This document shows positions 7,826 through 16,757 of a stretch of 33,431 nt of DNA, piece after piece (the first letter of the stretch is position 1; every line of letters starts with the position of its first letter). A program made the translations under genes and the position numbers. The notes beneath the pieces were generated by a model. That model was not told the origin of the DNA, searched no databases, and saw only the letters and a program-made list of their open reading frames with translations. The DNA comes from an uncultured Candidatus Bathyarchaeia archaeon. Its GTDB lineage: Archaea; Thermoproteota; Bathyarchaeia; TCS64. The stretch is from assembly GCA_964537625.1 (NCBI GenBank), contig CAZIAF010000004.1:1-33431 (forward strand), written 5' to 3'.

Positions 7826-9616
7826 TTAACTAGCATAGTAGTATCTATTATTCTCCTTCTGTTCCCTGTCGAGCTTGGAGCCAGGTTTATTCACGCGTGG
7901 CCTCTTGGTATCTGGGTCACGGCGGAATGTGACCCCCATCTGTTCTAGGAAGTTGTTCATCCCATTCTCGAGGCTGAGGGGTTGTCCGGCGTGGCCGTGG
8001 TATCCCGCCTTGCCGGTGAAGACCATCAACTTGTCAGCTATGAAGTCCTGTGTGACAATGTCGTGCTCGACAACGAAGGCGGTTACGCCCCTCATCTTGG
8101 TAATCCTCCGGATAGCGCGAGCTACGGCGAGGCGTTCCTCTACGTCGAGATAGGCACTCGGCTCGTCGAGAAGATATATGTCACTGTCCCTGCTTAGGCA
8201 CTCGGCGATAGCTACTCGCTGGAGCTCGCCTCCGCTCAAGATATTAACATCTCTCTCCAGCATCCTCTTGACGTGGAGGGGCTCGATGACCTCGGCTGTG
8301 AACCACTGCTCCCCATATTTCTCACCAGCAGCTTTCCTAAGCATATTTTCGACGGTTCCTTCGACGGAGCTTCCACTGATGTATTGTGGCTTGTAACTTA
8401 CCTTGAGAGTAGGGTTATTGACGGAGCCCTCATCGGGTTGCTCTACACCAGCGAGTATCTTGATGAACGTTGTCTTACCTATTCCGTTCATACCGAGGAT
8501 GCCGACGACTTCACCTATTCCAATCTTCCCCGCCTCAACTTCGAGCCGGAAGCCGTTGTATTTCTTCACAAGTGTGCTCCACTGCAGCATCGGTTTAGCC
8601 CCGCCTCTGTTGATATTGGGTGGTTTATCGTGGAATATGATCGGTGACTCCCTAAACCGTATGTTTTCGTCGGGGATGTAGCCGTTGATGTAGATATTAA
8701 TTCCCTCACGGACTGTGTGGATCCGGCTAACTATACCATATACGTCGGGTTCACCGTAAATGAGGAAGATGTCGTCGCTCATGTAATCGAGGACAGCGAG
8801 GTCGTGCTCAGCCACGACTACCATCTTCTCAGCGTCAACGAGATTCCTGATGACGCGAGCAGCCTTAGTACGTTGATAGATGTCGAGATGGCTGCTCGGC
8901 TCGTCGAAGAGGTAGACCTTAGCATCCCTTATTACCGCGGTAGCTATGGCGACGCGCTGGAGCTCGCCACCACTTAGAACATCTAGTGGTCTGTCGAGAA
9001 TGTGGGTGATCTCTAGATCATTCGCAACCTTCTCCAGCATGTTGCGTTGGTCGAGCCTCTTCAATACCTCGCCGACGGTACCTTTGATCACCTTGGGTAT
9101 GCCATCGACATACTGGGGCTTGTGAACGACTTGAATGCTACCGGAGTATAAAGCTTCAAGGTAGTCGTGCATAGGCTGACCTGCGTACTCCTCCTTAACC
9201 CTCTCCTTATTCGGCGACGTTGCATAGTCCCCTAGATTAGGAACTATCTCACCGCTTAGGATTCGTAGGACCGTCGACTTCCCAATACCATTTCGGCCTA
9301 GTAGGCCGACGACGGAGCCCTGCTTGAGAGTCGGCATCCTGAAGAGTGTGAAGGCGTTAGGGCCGAAGCGGTGGGTGTGCTCAGACTTTAACTGATCGGG
9401 AAGGTTCACTATTCTCAGGGCATCGAATGGACACTTTTTTACACAAATGCCACAGCCGCTACATAGCATCTCAGCGACATACGCTTTTCCATCGTCCCCC
9501 ATCCGGATCGCTTCCTTTCTAGTCCGCACCATTGGGCAGAACCTTATGCAGACTTCATCGCACTTATCCGGTTTACAACGCTCCTTATCGACAACAGCGA
9601 CTCTCAACGCTGGCAC
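7826..9616 (-). CDS. rli: Ribosome recycling factor ABCE1 (RLI)
   Basis: N-terminal Fe-S domain (CKPDKC...C.RFCP, CSGCGICVKKCP); two NBDs (GRNGIGKS, GMNGIGKT, LSGGELQ twice); C-terminal FRRD...RPRVNK motif. Confidence 0.97.
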   Translation of the reverse strand: MPALRVAVVDKERCKPDKCDEVCIRFCPMVRTRKEAIRMGDDGKAYVAEMLCSGCGICVKKCPFDALRIVNLPDQLKSEHTHRFGPNAFTLFRMPTLKQGSVVGLLGRNGIGKSTVLRILSGEIVPNLGDYATSPNKERVKEEYAGQPMHDYLEALYSGSIQVVHKPQYVDGIPKVIKGTVGEVLKRLDQRNMLEKVANDLEITHILDRPLDVLSGGELQRVAIATAVIRDAKVYLFDEPSSHLDIYQRTKAARVIRNLVDAEKMVVVAEHDLAVLDYMSDDIFLIYGEPDVYGIVSRIHTVREGINIYINGYIPDENIRFRESPIIFHDKPPNINRGGAKPMLQWSTLVKKYNGFRLEVEAGKIGIGEVVGILGMNGIGKTTFIKILAGVEQPDEGSVNNPTLKVSYKPQYISGSSVEGTVENMLRKAAGEKYGEQWFTAEVIEPLHVKRMLERDVNILSGGELQRVAIAECLSRDSDIYLLDEPSAYLDVEERLAVARAIRRITKMRGVTAFVVEHDIVTQDFIADKLMVFTGKAGYHGHAGQPLSLENGMNNFLEQMGVTFRRDPDTKRPRVNKPGSKLDREQKENNRYYYAS

Positions 9617-9714
9617 CTAATCGTCGTGTATTGGAGAACCCCCTTATTTAAGCAGTAATCACCGTGAGCATCTAGGTGAGAAAGTATTTTACCTGGCAAA
9701 TTCAATCTTTGGCC

Positions 9715-10734
9715 ATGAAAAAGTGGTTTTTGCCTCTTTTGCTGCTCACATTACTAATTTCTCCGATTGTATACGGGCACACTCCTTTAGGCACTGATGG
9801 GGAAAACAACAGCATCGAGAACGCAGTCGAGATCTCGACACCCACTAAATCATGGACAGTTTATCGTGAACTCCATGAGGTGAGTGAGGTCGAGTACTTC
9901 AAACTCCACCTTAAGGTTGGGGAGAGGTTCAAGTTCAGCGTTTATACACCCAGGAACCAAGAAACCAGCTTCGTGCCGAGCGCCGTTGTTATGTGGCCTG
10001 GCATTGTTGGAGGCGACGCTCCAATCTTCGTAGAGATCCCCCTTGGATATGGTGCAAAGTTGATTGAGGGTGTGAGACCCCCTGCTCCAAGGTACGAGCC
10101 ATTTACTCCCACAAGCTACCACTTTGTTGTCGACTATGACCAGCCAGTGCAGAAGGAGGATGATTACTACATTGCGGTTTTCAGCTCCAATACGCAGGGT
10201 AAGTACGGGATAGCGGTTGGCTACGTCGAGGAGTTCACTGCATTGGAGTGGCTCAAGATCCCTCTTGACCTTATTGGGATACACCTTTGGGAAGGAGAGT
10301 CCCTTATGCTAGTCTTTGGGCCTCTAGCTGCTTCGATAATCGTGGGGGTAGCAATAATGGTTAAGAGATTTGGCATCGGTTGGGGGCTCGTCAGTCTCGT
10401 CGGATCGATAGCTGGTTTCTTGAACATTGGTAGTGGGCTAATGACACTAACTCAACTGGTTCTGGCTGTATCGGGAGCCGTTTACGACGCTTCGATAATT
10501 ATCACGATTGTGTTTACAATTGTACCTATTCTACTGGGTTTTTTGATACTCAGGCAAGTCGCGTCGCCTAAAAAGCCGATTACTACTGGTTCACGTGTAG
10601 TTCTCATCATTTTAGGCGTCATAGGGTTCGTATTCTGGGCTGGGTTACTTGTGGGCCCAGTCTTAACGCTCTTAGCTGCTGTGTTACCAGCGTATTCTTC
10701 GGAACAATTCGTCGGTTGGGATAAAGTTAGTTAA
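9715..10734 (+). CDS. Uncharacterised membrane protein with signal peptide, extracellular domain and C-terminal TM helices
   Basis: MKKWFLPLLLLTLLISPIVYG looks like a signal peptide (ATG 9715; ORF track starts at 9676), followed by a soluble domain and about 4-5 hydrophobic segments. Confidence 0.7.
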   Translation: MKKWFLPLLLLTLLISPIVYGHTPLGTDGENNSIENAVEISTPTKSWTVYRELHEVSEVEYFKLHLKVGERFKFSVYTPRNQETSFVPSAVVMWPGIVGGDAPIFVEIPLGYGAKLIEGVRPPAPRYEPFTPTSYHFVVDYDQPVQKEDDYYIAVFSSNTQGKYGIAVGYVEEFTALEWLKIPLDLIGIHLWEGESLMLVFGPLAASIIVGVAIMVKRFGIGWGLVSLVGSIAGFLNIGSGLMTLTQLVLAVSGAVYDASIIITIVFTIVPILLGFLILRQVASPKKPITTGSRVVLIILGVIGFVFWAGLLVGPVLTLLAAVLPAYSSEQFVGWDKVS

Positions 10735-11873
10735 AAAATCTTTTTTAATTTGGTGCCTTTAGGTGTCCAGATGCTCGTAAGTGCTTCTTCTACTGCTCCT
10801 CGGTTGTTTGCCGGGTTGTATATGCCCTCAACAAGTCTGTCGTAGTCAAGGTTGTTTATACCCTCTGCACCAGCGTTGATGGCATTCATGTTGAGCGCGA
10901 TCGCTGTCTCTACTGGCATCCTCTCGGGGTTAATGTCGATCCCATAATAGCCCGTATAGTTATACATCTTGAAAACGAGTAGGGTGGCGAGCATCTGGTC
11001 AATACCTAGTACGCCAGCATTGAGGTCTTGGTCGTAGTTACCTAGAGGTTGACTGTTCCAGTGGCTATGGGCGAGGCGTCCTTCCTTAAGCACCGAGGCA
11101 AAAGCGCCTGGGAGATCCTCATGTCCCATTAGCACATGACCAACCTCAGGGTTGAGTCCCACCATGGTGTGTCCCTCCCTTAGTATCCTCAAGTTATCCC
11201 TGTGTTTTAAGAGGGCTTCGACGTTCCTCGCGAAGAGCAGGCCATTTGCAGTATTCCTGTATATGTTGTTGCCTCGGGGTTCGTATGGCTTCGGCTCCAT
11301 AGCGACTCTTATCCCTGGAACTTCATCCATTGCTTCGGCTACTGAACCTTCGAATCGACTCCACATCCCGTAGTAGTCGTGACCAAACGGGTTCTCATAG
11401 CCATCAATCCCCGGCCAGATAACGCAGACGTCTGTGCCAAGCTCCTTGTTTAGTCGTAGGCAGTCCTTGAGCCGGTCAATGGCAAATTTTCTTATCTTCG
11501 CGTTGGGGTTGCTGAGGCTACCAAACTCGAACCGTTTGTCGAAGAAGAGCATAGGGATACATGTGATGAGCTTGATGCCGGTCTCCTTCTCCAACTCTTT
11601 GTAGAGGTGGAGGTTATCGTGATTGACCTCATTGGGGTAATGGGCTTCGACACCGAGATCAGAATTAGCCAGTCCATTGTCATGCATCGTCTTGATCTTC
11701 TCGATACAGTCTGCGATACTACCCTTCTCCACATAGGCATCGTGGAAGCGGCCTCCACCGGGGTAAAAGTACCAGACACCAATACTGAACTTTGGTTCAA
11801 GTCTCATTCCTTTGAGATGCTTTAACATCTCGTCGTGGGTTCTCACAACCTTTTGCGACCTGAGGTCTAACAT
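10731..11873 (-). CDS. Xylose isomerase-family sugar isomerase (TIM barrel)
   Basis: FSIGVW, AHYP, FGSLSNP, WPG.DG, MEPKPYEPR, NPEVGH, YDQDL, GIDINP; adjacent to a xylulokinase gene. Confidence 0.8.
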   Translation of the reverse strand: MLDLRSQKVVRTHDEMLKHLKGMRLEPKFSIGVWYFYPGGGRFHDAYVEKGSIADCIEKIKTMHDNGLANSDLGVEAHYPNEVNHDNLHLYKELEKETGIKLITCIPMLFFDKRFEFGSLSNPNAKIRKFAIDRLKDCLRLNKELGTDVCVIWPGIDGYENPFGHDYYGMWSRFEGSVAEAMDEVPGIRVAMEPKPYEPRGNNIYRNTANGLLFARNVEALLKHRDNLRILREGHTMVGLNPEVGHVLMGHEDLPGAFASVLKEGRLAHSHWNSQPLGNYDQDLNAGVLGIDQMLATLLVFKMYNYTGYYGIDINPERMPVETAIALNMNAINAGAEGINNLDYDRLVEGIYNPANNRGAVEEALTSIWTPKGTKLKKIF

Positions 11874-11981
11874 GGTTTGAAGGCTACAGAGGGCGTTATA
11901 GAACTATCGAGATTACAAGTAGCATGGCCGTGGTATAGACCTATGTAATGACCTATTCGATGACACGTCTGAGATGCGTCC

Positions 11982-11989
11982 AAAAAAAA
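11982..11989 (-). terminator. Putative oligo-T terminator downstream of xylB
   Basis: A8 on the + strand (T8 on -), 58 nt past the xylB stop. The isomerase gene has its own TATA-like TTCTATAA at 11896-11903. Confidence 0.4.
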
Positions 11990-12047
11990 GTCTCTAGATC
12001 TTTAAGCAGTCGGCTGCCAATGCACGTGATTATTACAGTTTGACGCA

Positions 12048-13556
12048 TCAGGCATTCTCGCCAAAGATGTCTCGAAGGTCGAGGCTCAGTTTATCCTGGA
12101 GTCTTTGGAGCCTATGATAAATCTTGGTATTGCTTGGATTCGGTGTGGTCCTCGTCGCTTCATCTAGGTGGACAAACCCGTCTGTTATACTCGAGATTGA
12201 TGCGTTTTCACCAAGACTTGTATTATAAGTCCAGAGTGCTTGTAACGATGCACCATAAGCGGCCCCCTCATCGACCTGTAAGCAAACGACTTCGACACCG
12301 AAGACATCAGCGCATATTTTCCTCCACGCTCTGTTCTTGGAGCCACCGCCTGTGAGGCGGACCTCTGAGGGCTCAATCCCCATCTCTTTGAGGCGGTTAA
12401 AGCCGAAGTTGAGACCCATTATCGCTCCCTCCATGGCAGCTCGGGCAACGTTCGCCGCCTTAAAGTTCTCTGGTGTTAAACCGTAAAGTACTCCCTTACC
12501 GTTAGGGACGTTAGGTGTACGCTCACCCGTAAGATATGGAAGGAGGACGAGACCGCTTGATCCAACTGGAGTATCCTCAACAGCTGCTTCAAGCAGAGCG
12601 TAATCGTAACCTAAAAGGTTCCTCACAGCCTCGGTGACGACTGTAACATTCATAGTACATGCAAGGGGGAGCCAGGCACCTGTGGAGTCGCAGAAGGCGT
12701 GGACCTCCCCCGAGGGGTCGATCACCGGCTTCTCCGAGTAGGCGTATATCGTACCCGATGTACCCAGACTTACAGTGACTATGCCGGGCCTGGTGTTCCC
12801 AGTGCCGATTGCACCCATCATGTTGTCGCCACCGCCAGCGCTCACTAGTATCCCCTCCGGAAGCTTGAGTTTCTCAGCTGCCTCCTTATTCAGGAACCCC
12901 GATGCTACGGTTGATGGTTGTATATCGGGCAATTTCTCCACGAGGTCTATGTCGATCGCATCAACTACTTCTCTCCGCCAGCGCCTCGTCCTCACATCCA
13001 TGAGAGCTGTACCCGAGGCGTCACCTGGCTCCATGGAAATCTTCCCCGTAAGCCAAAAGTTCATGTAATCGTGTGGAAGGAGCACTTTTGAAAGGTTGGC
13101 ATAGTTCTCGGGTTCATGCCTCTTCAACCAGAGTATCTTACCTGCCGTAAAACCCGGTAGTATCGTGTTCCCTGTAAGCTTCACGACCTCCTTAATGCCA
13201 CCCAGGTACTCAATCAGCCACATACACTCCTCAACCGTGCTCGTATCGTTCCAGAGCTTCGCGGGCCGTATGACTTTCCCGGATGAGTCGACGGGGACAA
13301 ATCCATGCTGCTGCCCCGAGATGCCTAACCCCTTAATCTCTGAGGGAACAATTTTCGCTTCTCTGATTGCACCTCTAACAGTTTTGATAATAGCCTTGAT
13401 CCAATTGGAGGGATGTTGTTCACGGTGACCAGGAGGAAGCCCCTCTATCATCCCATAACCGATGTAACCGCTACCAACAACCCCCCCATTCTCCCCATCG
13501 ACGACAACAGCCTTCGTCCCCTGAGAGCCACAGTCGACGCCAACGAAATAGCTCAA
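12048..13556 (-). CDS. xylB: Xylulokinase (FGGY family)
   Basis: GVDCGSQGTK, GISGQQHG, RPAKLWND, PGFTAGK, GDASGT, GGGDNMMGA, SLGTSGT, PYLTGERTP, TGGGSK, EGAAYGA. Confidence 0.9.
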   Translation of the reverse strand: MSYFVGVDCGSQGTKAVVVDGENGGVVGSGYIGYGMIEGLPPGHREQHPSNWIKAIIKTVRGAIREAKIVPSEIKGLGISGQQHGFVPVDSSGKVIRPAKLWNDTSTVEECMWLIEYLGGIKEVVKLTGNTILPGFTAGKILWLKRHEPENYANLSKVLLPHDYMNFWLTGKISMEPGDASGTALMDVRTRRWRREVVDAIDIDLVEKLPDIQPSTVASGFLNKEAAEKLKLPEGILVSAGGGDNMMGAIGTGNTRPGIVTVSLGTSGTIYAYSEKPVIDPSGEVHAFCDSTGAWLPLACTMNVTVVTEAVRNLLGYDYALLEAAVEDTPVGSSGLVLLPYLTGERTPNVPNGKGVLYGLTPENFKAANVARAAMEGAIMGLNFGFNRLKEMGIEPSEVRLTGGGSKNRAWRKICADVFGVEVVCLQVDEGAAYGASLQALWTYNTSLGENASISSITDGFVHLDEATRTTPNPSNTKIYHRLQRLQDKLSLDLRDIFGENA

Positions 13557-13726
13557 AGCCAGACCTAAAGAAAACTACACCCCCGTATCTAAAAAATGCT
13601 CTAAACAAAGGAAAGAGCATAGTTCAAAAAAACCGAATTATGACAATTCGCAACTAAAGAAAGCTAAATAACACCACCAAAAAGCCACACCAAGGCTGAT
13701 ATCCACAATACGGTAATTATGCCTAG

Positions 13727-15142
13727 GTGAAACCCATATCATACCATGCCGAGCTAAAAGAGCTTCAGCTCCCTGAATTCAGCATCCCAAACAAGGAGCC
13801 AATCATCCCCCCCGAGACTTACCTGAGTAGACTCCAGATCCTCCGAGAGAAAGCTAAGGAGAAAGGCTTCGATGCTCTCGTTGTCTATGGCGACAGAGAA
13901 CATTATGCCAACGTCGCTTGGCTCACCGGTTTTGACCCCCGCTTCGAGGAGACCCTCCTAATAATTGACATCAAAAAAGATGAAAAGCCCGTTCTTGTCT
14001 TAGGTAATGAGGGACTTGGATATGCTAATATCACCCCAATAAAGAAAGACCTCAAGATCACTTTATACGAGAGCTTCAGCCTCGTGAGCCAACCTCGCGG
14101 TAATAGCCAACCACTAAGGCAGATACTTCGATCTGGCGGCGTCAAACGAGGCGCGATGGTAGGCATCGCCGGATGGAAATACTATACGAATGAGGACATG
14201 GATGAACCAGAGAAAACCCTTGAGATCCCGAGCTACATAGCTGATACTATCCGGAGGAGCGCAGGAAAAGACAACGCGTTCAACGTCAACAGGCTACTCC
14301 TCCACCCCACTGAAGGCATTCGGGCTGTCAACGATGTCGACCAACTCGCCCAATTCGAGTATGTTGCGACGCAGACTTCGCAAGCGCTTCGAGATGTCAT
14401 TTTCAATCTCCGTCCTGGAATGACTGAACATGATGCCGTACGCCTCATGCGGCTTAACGGCCTTCCCCTCAGTTGCCATCTTATGCTCAGTGCTGGTCCC
14501 CGAGCTAATATGGGTCTTCCAAGCCCAACCAGTAGGGTCATAGAACGTGGTGACCCCTTCACTATGGCGTATGGAGCTTGGGGAAGCCTTAGCGCTAGAG
14601 CGGGTTTTGTAGTCGAATCAGAGGAGGATCTGCCTAAAGCTATAAGGGACTATGTCCCTAAGCTGGTCGCTCCCTACTTCGAAGCCATCACCGCATGGTA
14701 TAATAAACTTAGAATCGGAGCAACCGGTGGAGATCTATTTAAGGCGATCCACGACAGGATCGGCGAATCCTTCTTCGGAGTCCATCTAAACCCTGGTCAC
14801 CTTACTAGCCTCGAGGAGTGGCTAAGCAGCCTCAGTTACAAAAGCTCCAAAGAGAAGATCACCTCAGGCATGGCCGTTCAGGTCGATGTCATCCCCAGCA
14901 CCGGCACAAGATACTTCACAACCAACATCGAGGACACCGTCGCTGTAGCCGACACAAGACTACAGAAGCAGTTCGAGGAAATCTACCCAGAGGCTTGGGC
15001 ACGAATCCAAATGAGAAGAGACTTTATGGCCAAAAAGCTTGGTATACTACTCGCCCCCGAGATTCTTCCTTTTAGCAACATCCCAGCTTACCTTACTCCC
15101 TACCTCCTTGCTCCCAGAAAAGCCATGAGTGTAAGCTACTGA
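13727..15142 (+). CDS. M24 (Xaa-Pro aminopeptidase/creatinase-like) family protein with a degenerate metal site
   Basis: Creatinase-type N-domain (RLQ.LRE...GFDALVVYG...NVAWLTGF); pita-bread C-domain with LRPGMTE, NPGHL and NIEDTV. Confidence 0.7.
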   Translation: MKPISYHAELKELQLPEFSIPNKEPIIPPETYLSRLQILREKAKEKGFDALVVYGDREHYANVAWLTGFDPRFEETLLIIDIKKDEKPVLVLGNEGLGYANITPIKKDLKITLYESFSLVSQPRGNSQPLRQILRSGGVKRGAMVGIAGWKYYTNEDMDEPEKTLEIPSYIADTIRRSAGKDNAFNVNRLLLHPTEGIRAVNDVDQLAQFEYVATQTSQALRDVIFNLRPGMTEHDAVRLMRLNGLPLSCHLMLSAGPRANMGLPSPTSRVIERGDPFTMAYGAWGSLSARAGFVVESEEDLPKAIRDYVPKLVAPYFEAITAWYNKLRIGATGGDLFKAIHDRIGESFFGVHLNPGHLTSLEEWLSSLSYKSSKEKITSGMAVQVDVIPSTGTRYFTTNIEDTVAVADTRLQKQFEEIYPEAWARIQMRRDFMAKKLGILLAPEILPFSNIPAYLTPYLLAPRKAMSVSY

Positions 15143-15188
15143 ACTAGTGAGCGACTGTTTTTTATCCCGAAAAAGCGCATGGAACCGC

Positions 15189-16565
15189 ATGCAGGGCGTT
15201 ATAGGCGTATTTACCCGTGAGGACGTCAGCCGCAAGAGCCTTTACACACTCTATGGGGTTCAGCACCGTGGTCAGGAAAGCGCAGGCATCGCCGCAGCAG
15301 GCGACCGAAGTCTACGAGTCTGGAGTGGCGACGGTCTTGTTTCCCGGGTCTTCGATAAACATTACCACTCTTTCAGTCACCCCGACGACTACATTGTCGT
15401 TGGTTGCGCCTCCGGCGAAAGCGTACAAAACGGATTACCCCCGAAGGTTATCGAGACCGATAGATACAAGATCGCCCTCACTTTAGATGGCTTCATCCCA
15501 AAGAAGACGTGGGAGACTAATGAGGGCATTTTCACTAACCTCCTAACCACTAAACTACTCGAGACTACTATTATTCCTGCCTTCAAAGAGGCTATGTGGA
15601 GCCTCCCTCTTGCCTATTACAGCCTCGTGGCCACCGTCCTAGATAAGAAGGAGAACCGTAGCATGCTCATCGCAGCCCGCGATCCAAGAGGCATCCGTCC
15701 TCTACACGTAGCAAGAGGAAAAGGTAAACTATTCATAGCGTCCGAGTCAGCCCCCATCGATGTCCTCGAAGGCATGGGCGAGGTCTTCGACGAGCGCCGA
15801 GATCTGACTCCAGGGGAACTCATATACCTCACTGGTGAGACCGTGAAAGAGGAGCAGGTTATAGAACCTCGTCCCTCCCACTGCGCCTTTGAATGGGTCT
15901 ACTTCGCCCGCCCCGACTCCGTCATCGAGGGAAAGAATGTCCACACAAGTAGAAAGCGGCTTGGTCATGGTCTCGTCGAAACCCACCACCTAAAGCAACA
16001 ATACGGCGTCGAAAAGGGACCACGAGATGACCTAGCAGTCATCCCAGTACCAGACTCTGGCAGGAGTGTATGCACCGGCGTAGCAGAAGCCCTCCATATC
16101 TCCGCTGACGAAGGAATAATCAAGAATGCCTATCTCGGTCGAACCTATCTTATTGATGACCCCATCTTCAGAAAAACCGCCTCTGACCTTAAACACAACG
16201 TTATACGTGACACTGTCCGCGGCAAGAAGGTTGCCATCTGCGATGATAGCATCGTACGCGGCACTGTAAGCGAGTCCGTCGCCAAGAGCCTAAGGAAAGC
16301 TGGTGCAACCGAGGTCGACTTTCTCGTCAGCTACTCCCCAATCTTCAACCCCTGCTTTAGCGACCCCGCCGATAAGCCTCTCGCGGCCAAACCTTTTCAG
16401 GGGAAGACAGTAACTGAGATAGGTCACCTCGTCGCCGAGCGACTTCCAAGCATCGACCATGTCCTTTATAACACTCCGGAGAACGTCGTCAAAGCCATCG
16501 ACCTGCCTGAGGAAAAAATCTGCACTTTCTGTATAACCGGCAAGAACCCCTTCAACAGCGCATAG
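15189..16565 (+). CDS. Amidophosphoribosyltransferase (PurF)-like protein lacking the N-terminal catalytic Cys
   Basis: QHRGQESAGI, ARDPRGIRPL, ASES, CAFEWVYFARPDS, PVPDSG, PRPP loop DDSIVRGT, NPCF, CTFC. The N-terminus reads MQGVIG rather than CG(V/I)xG. TTTTTTAT at 15158-15165 lies 23 nt upstream of ATG 15189. Confidence 0.82.
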   Translation: MQGVIGVFTREDVSRKSLYTLYGVQHRGQESAGIAAAGDRSLRVWSGDGLVSRVFDKHYHSFSHPDDYIVVGCASGESVQNGLPPKVIETDRYKIALTLDGFIPKKTWETNEGIFTNLLTTKLLETTIIPAFKEAMWSLPLAYYSLVATVLDKKENRSMLIAARDPRGIRPLHVARGKGKLFIASESAPIDVLEGMGEVFDERRDLTPGELIYLTGETVKEEQVIEPRPSHCAFEWVYFARPDSVIEGKNVHTSRKRLGHGLVETHHLKQQYGVEKGPRDDLAVIPVPDSGRSVCTGVAEALHISADEGIIKNAYLGRTYLIDDPIFRKTASDLKHNVIRDTVRGKKVAICDDSIVRGTVSESVAKSLRKAGATEVDFLVSYSPIFNPCFSDPADKPLAAKPFQGKTVTEIGHLVAERLPSIDHVLYNTPENVVKAIDLPEEKICTFCITGKNPFNSA

Positions 16566-16757
16566 TTGAAGCACTCTATCCAAGATGTAGTTGGTCTATC
16601 CCCCGTCCTCTTGCAGGAGATTTTATCCTCAATGAAGTATTCCCCCATTTAAGGTGAAAGACGTCCACTGCTTCAGTCGAATGTCGATGAGCTCGAATAG
16701 ATTTAGCCTTGAAGGGCGTCCGCAGAGGATATATCCGCCGGGGGGACATCTCGCTTC

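Noticed and set aside
16466-16648. 60-aa minus-strand ORF between the PurF-like gene and mobB
   Set aside because: About half overlaps the PurF-like 3' end, and it has no motif.
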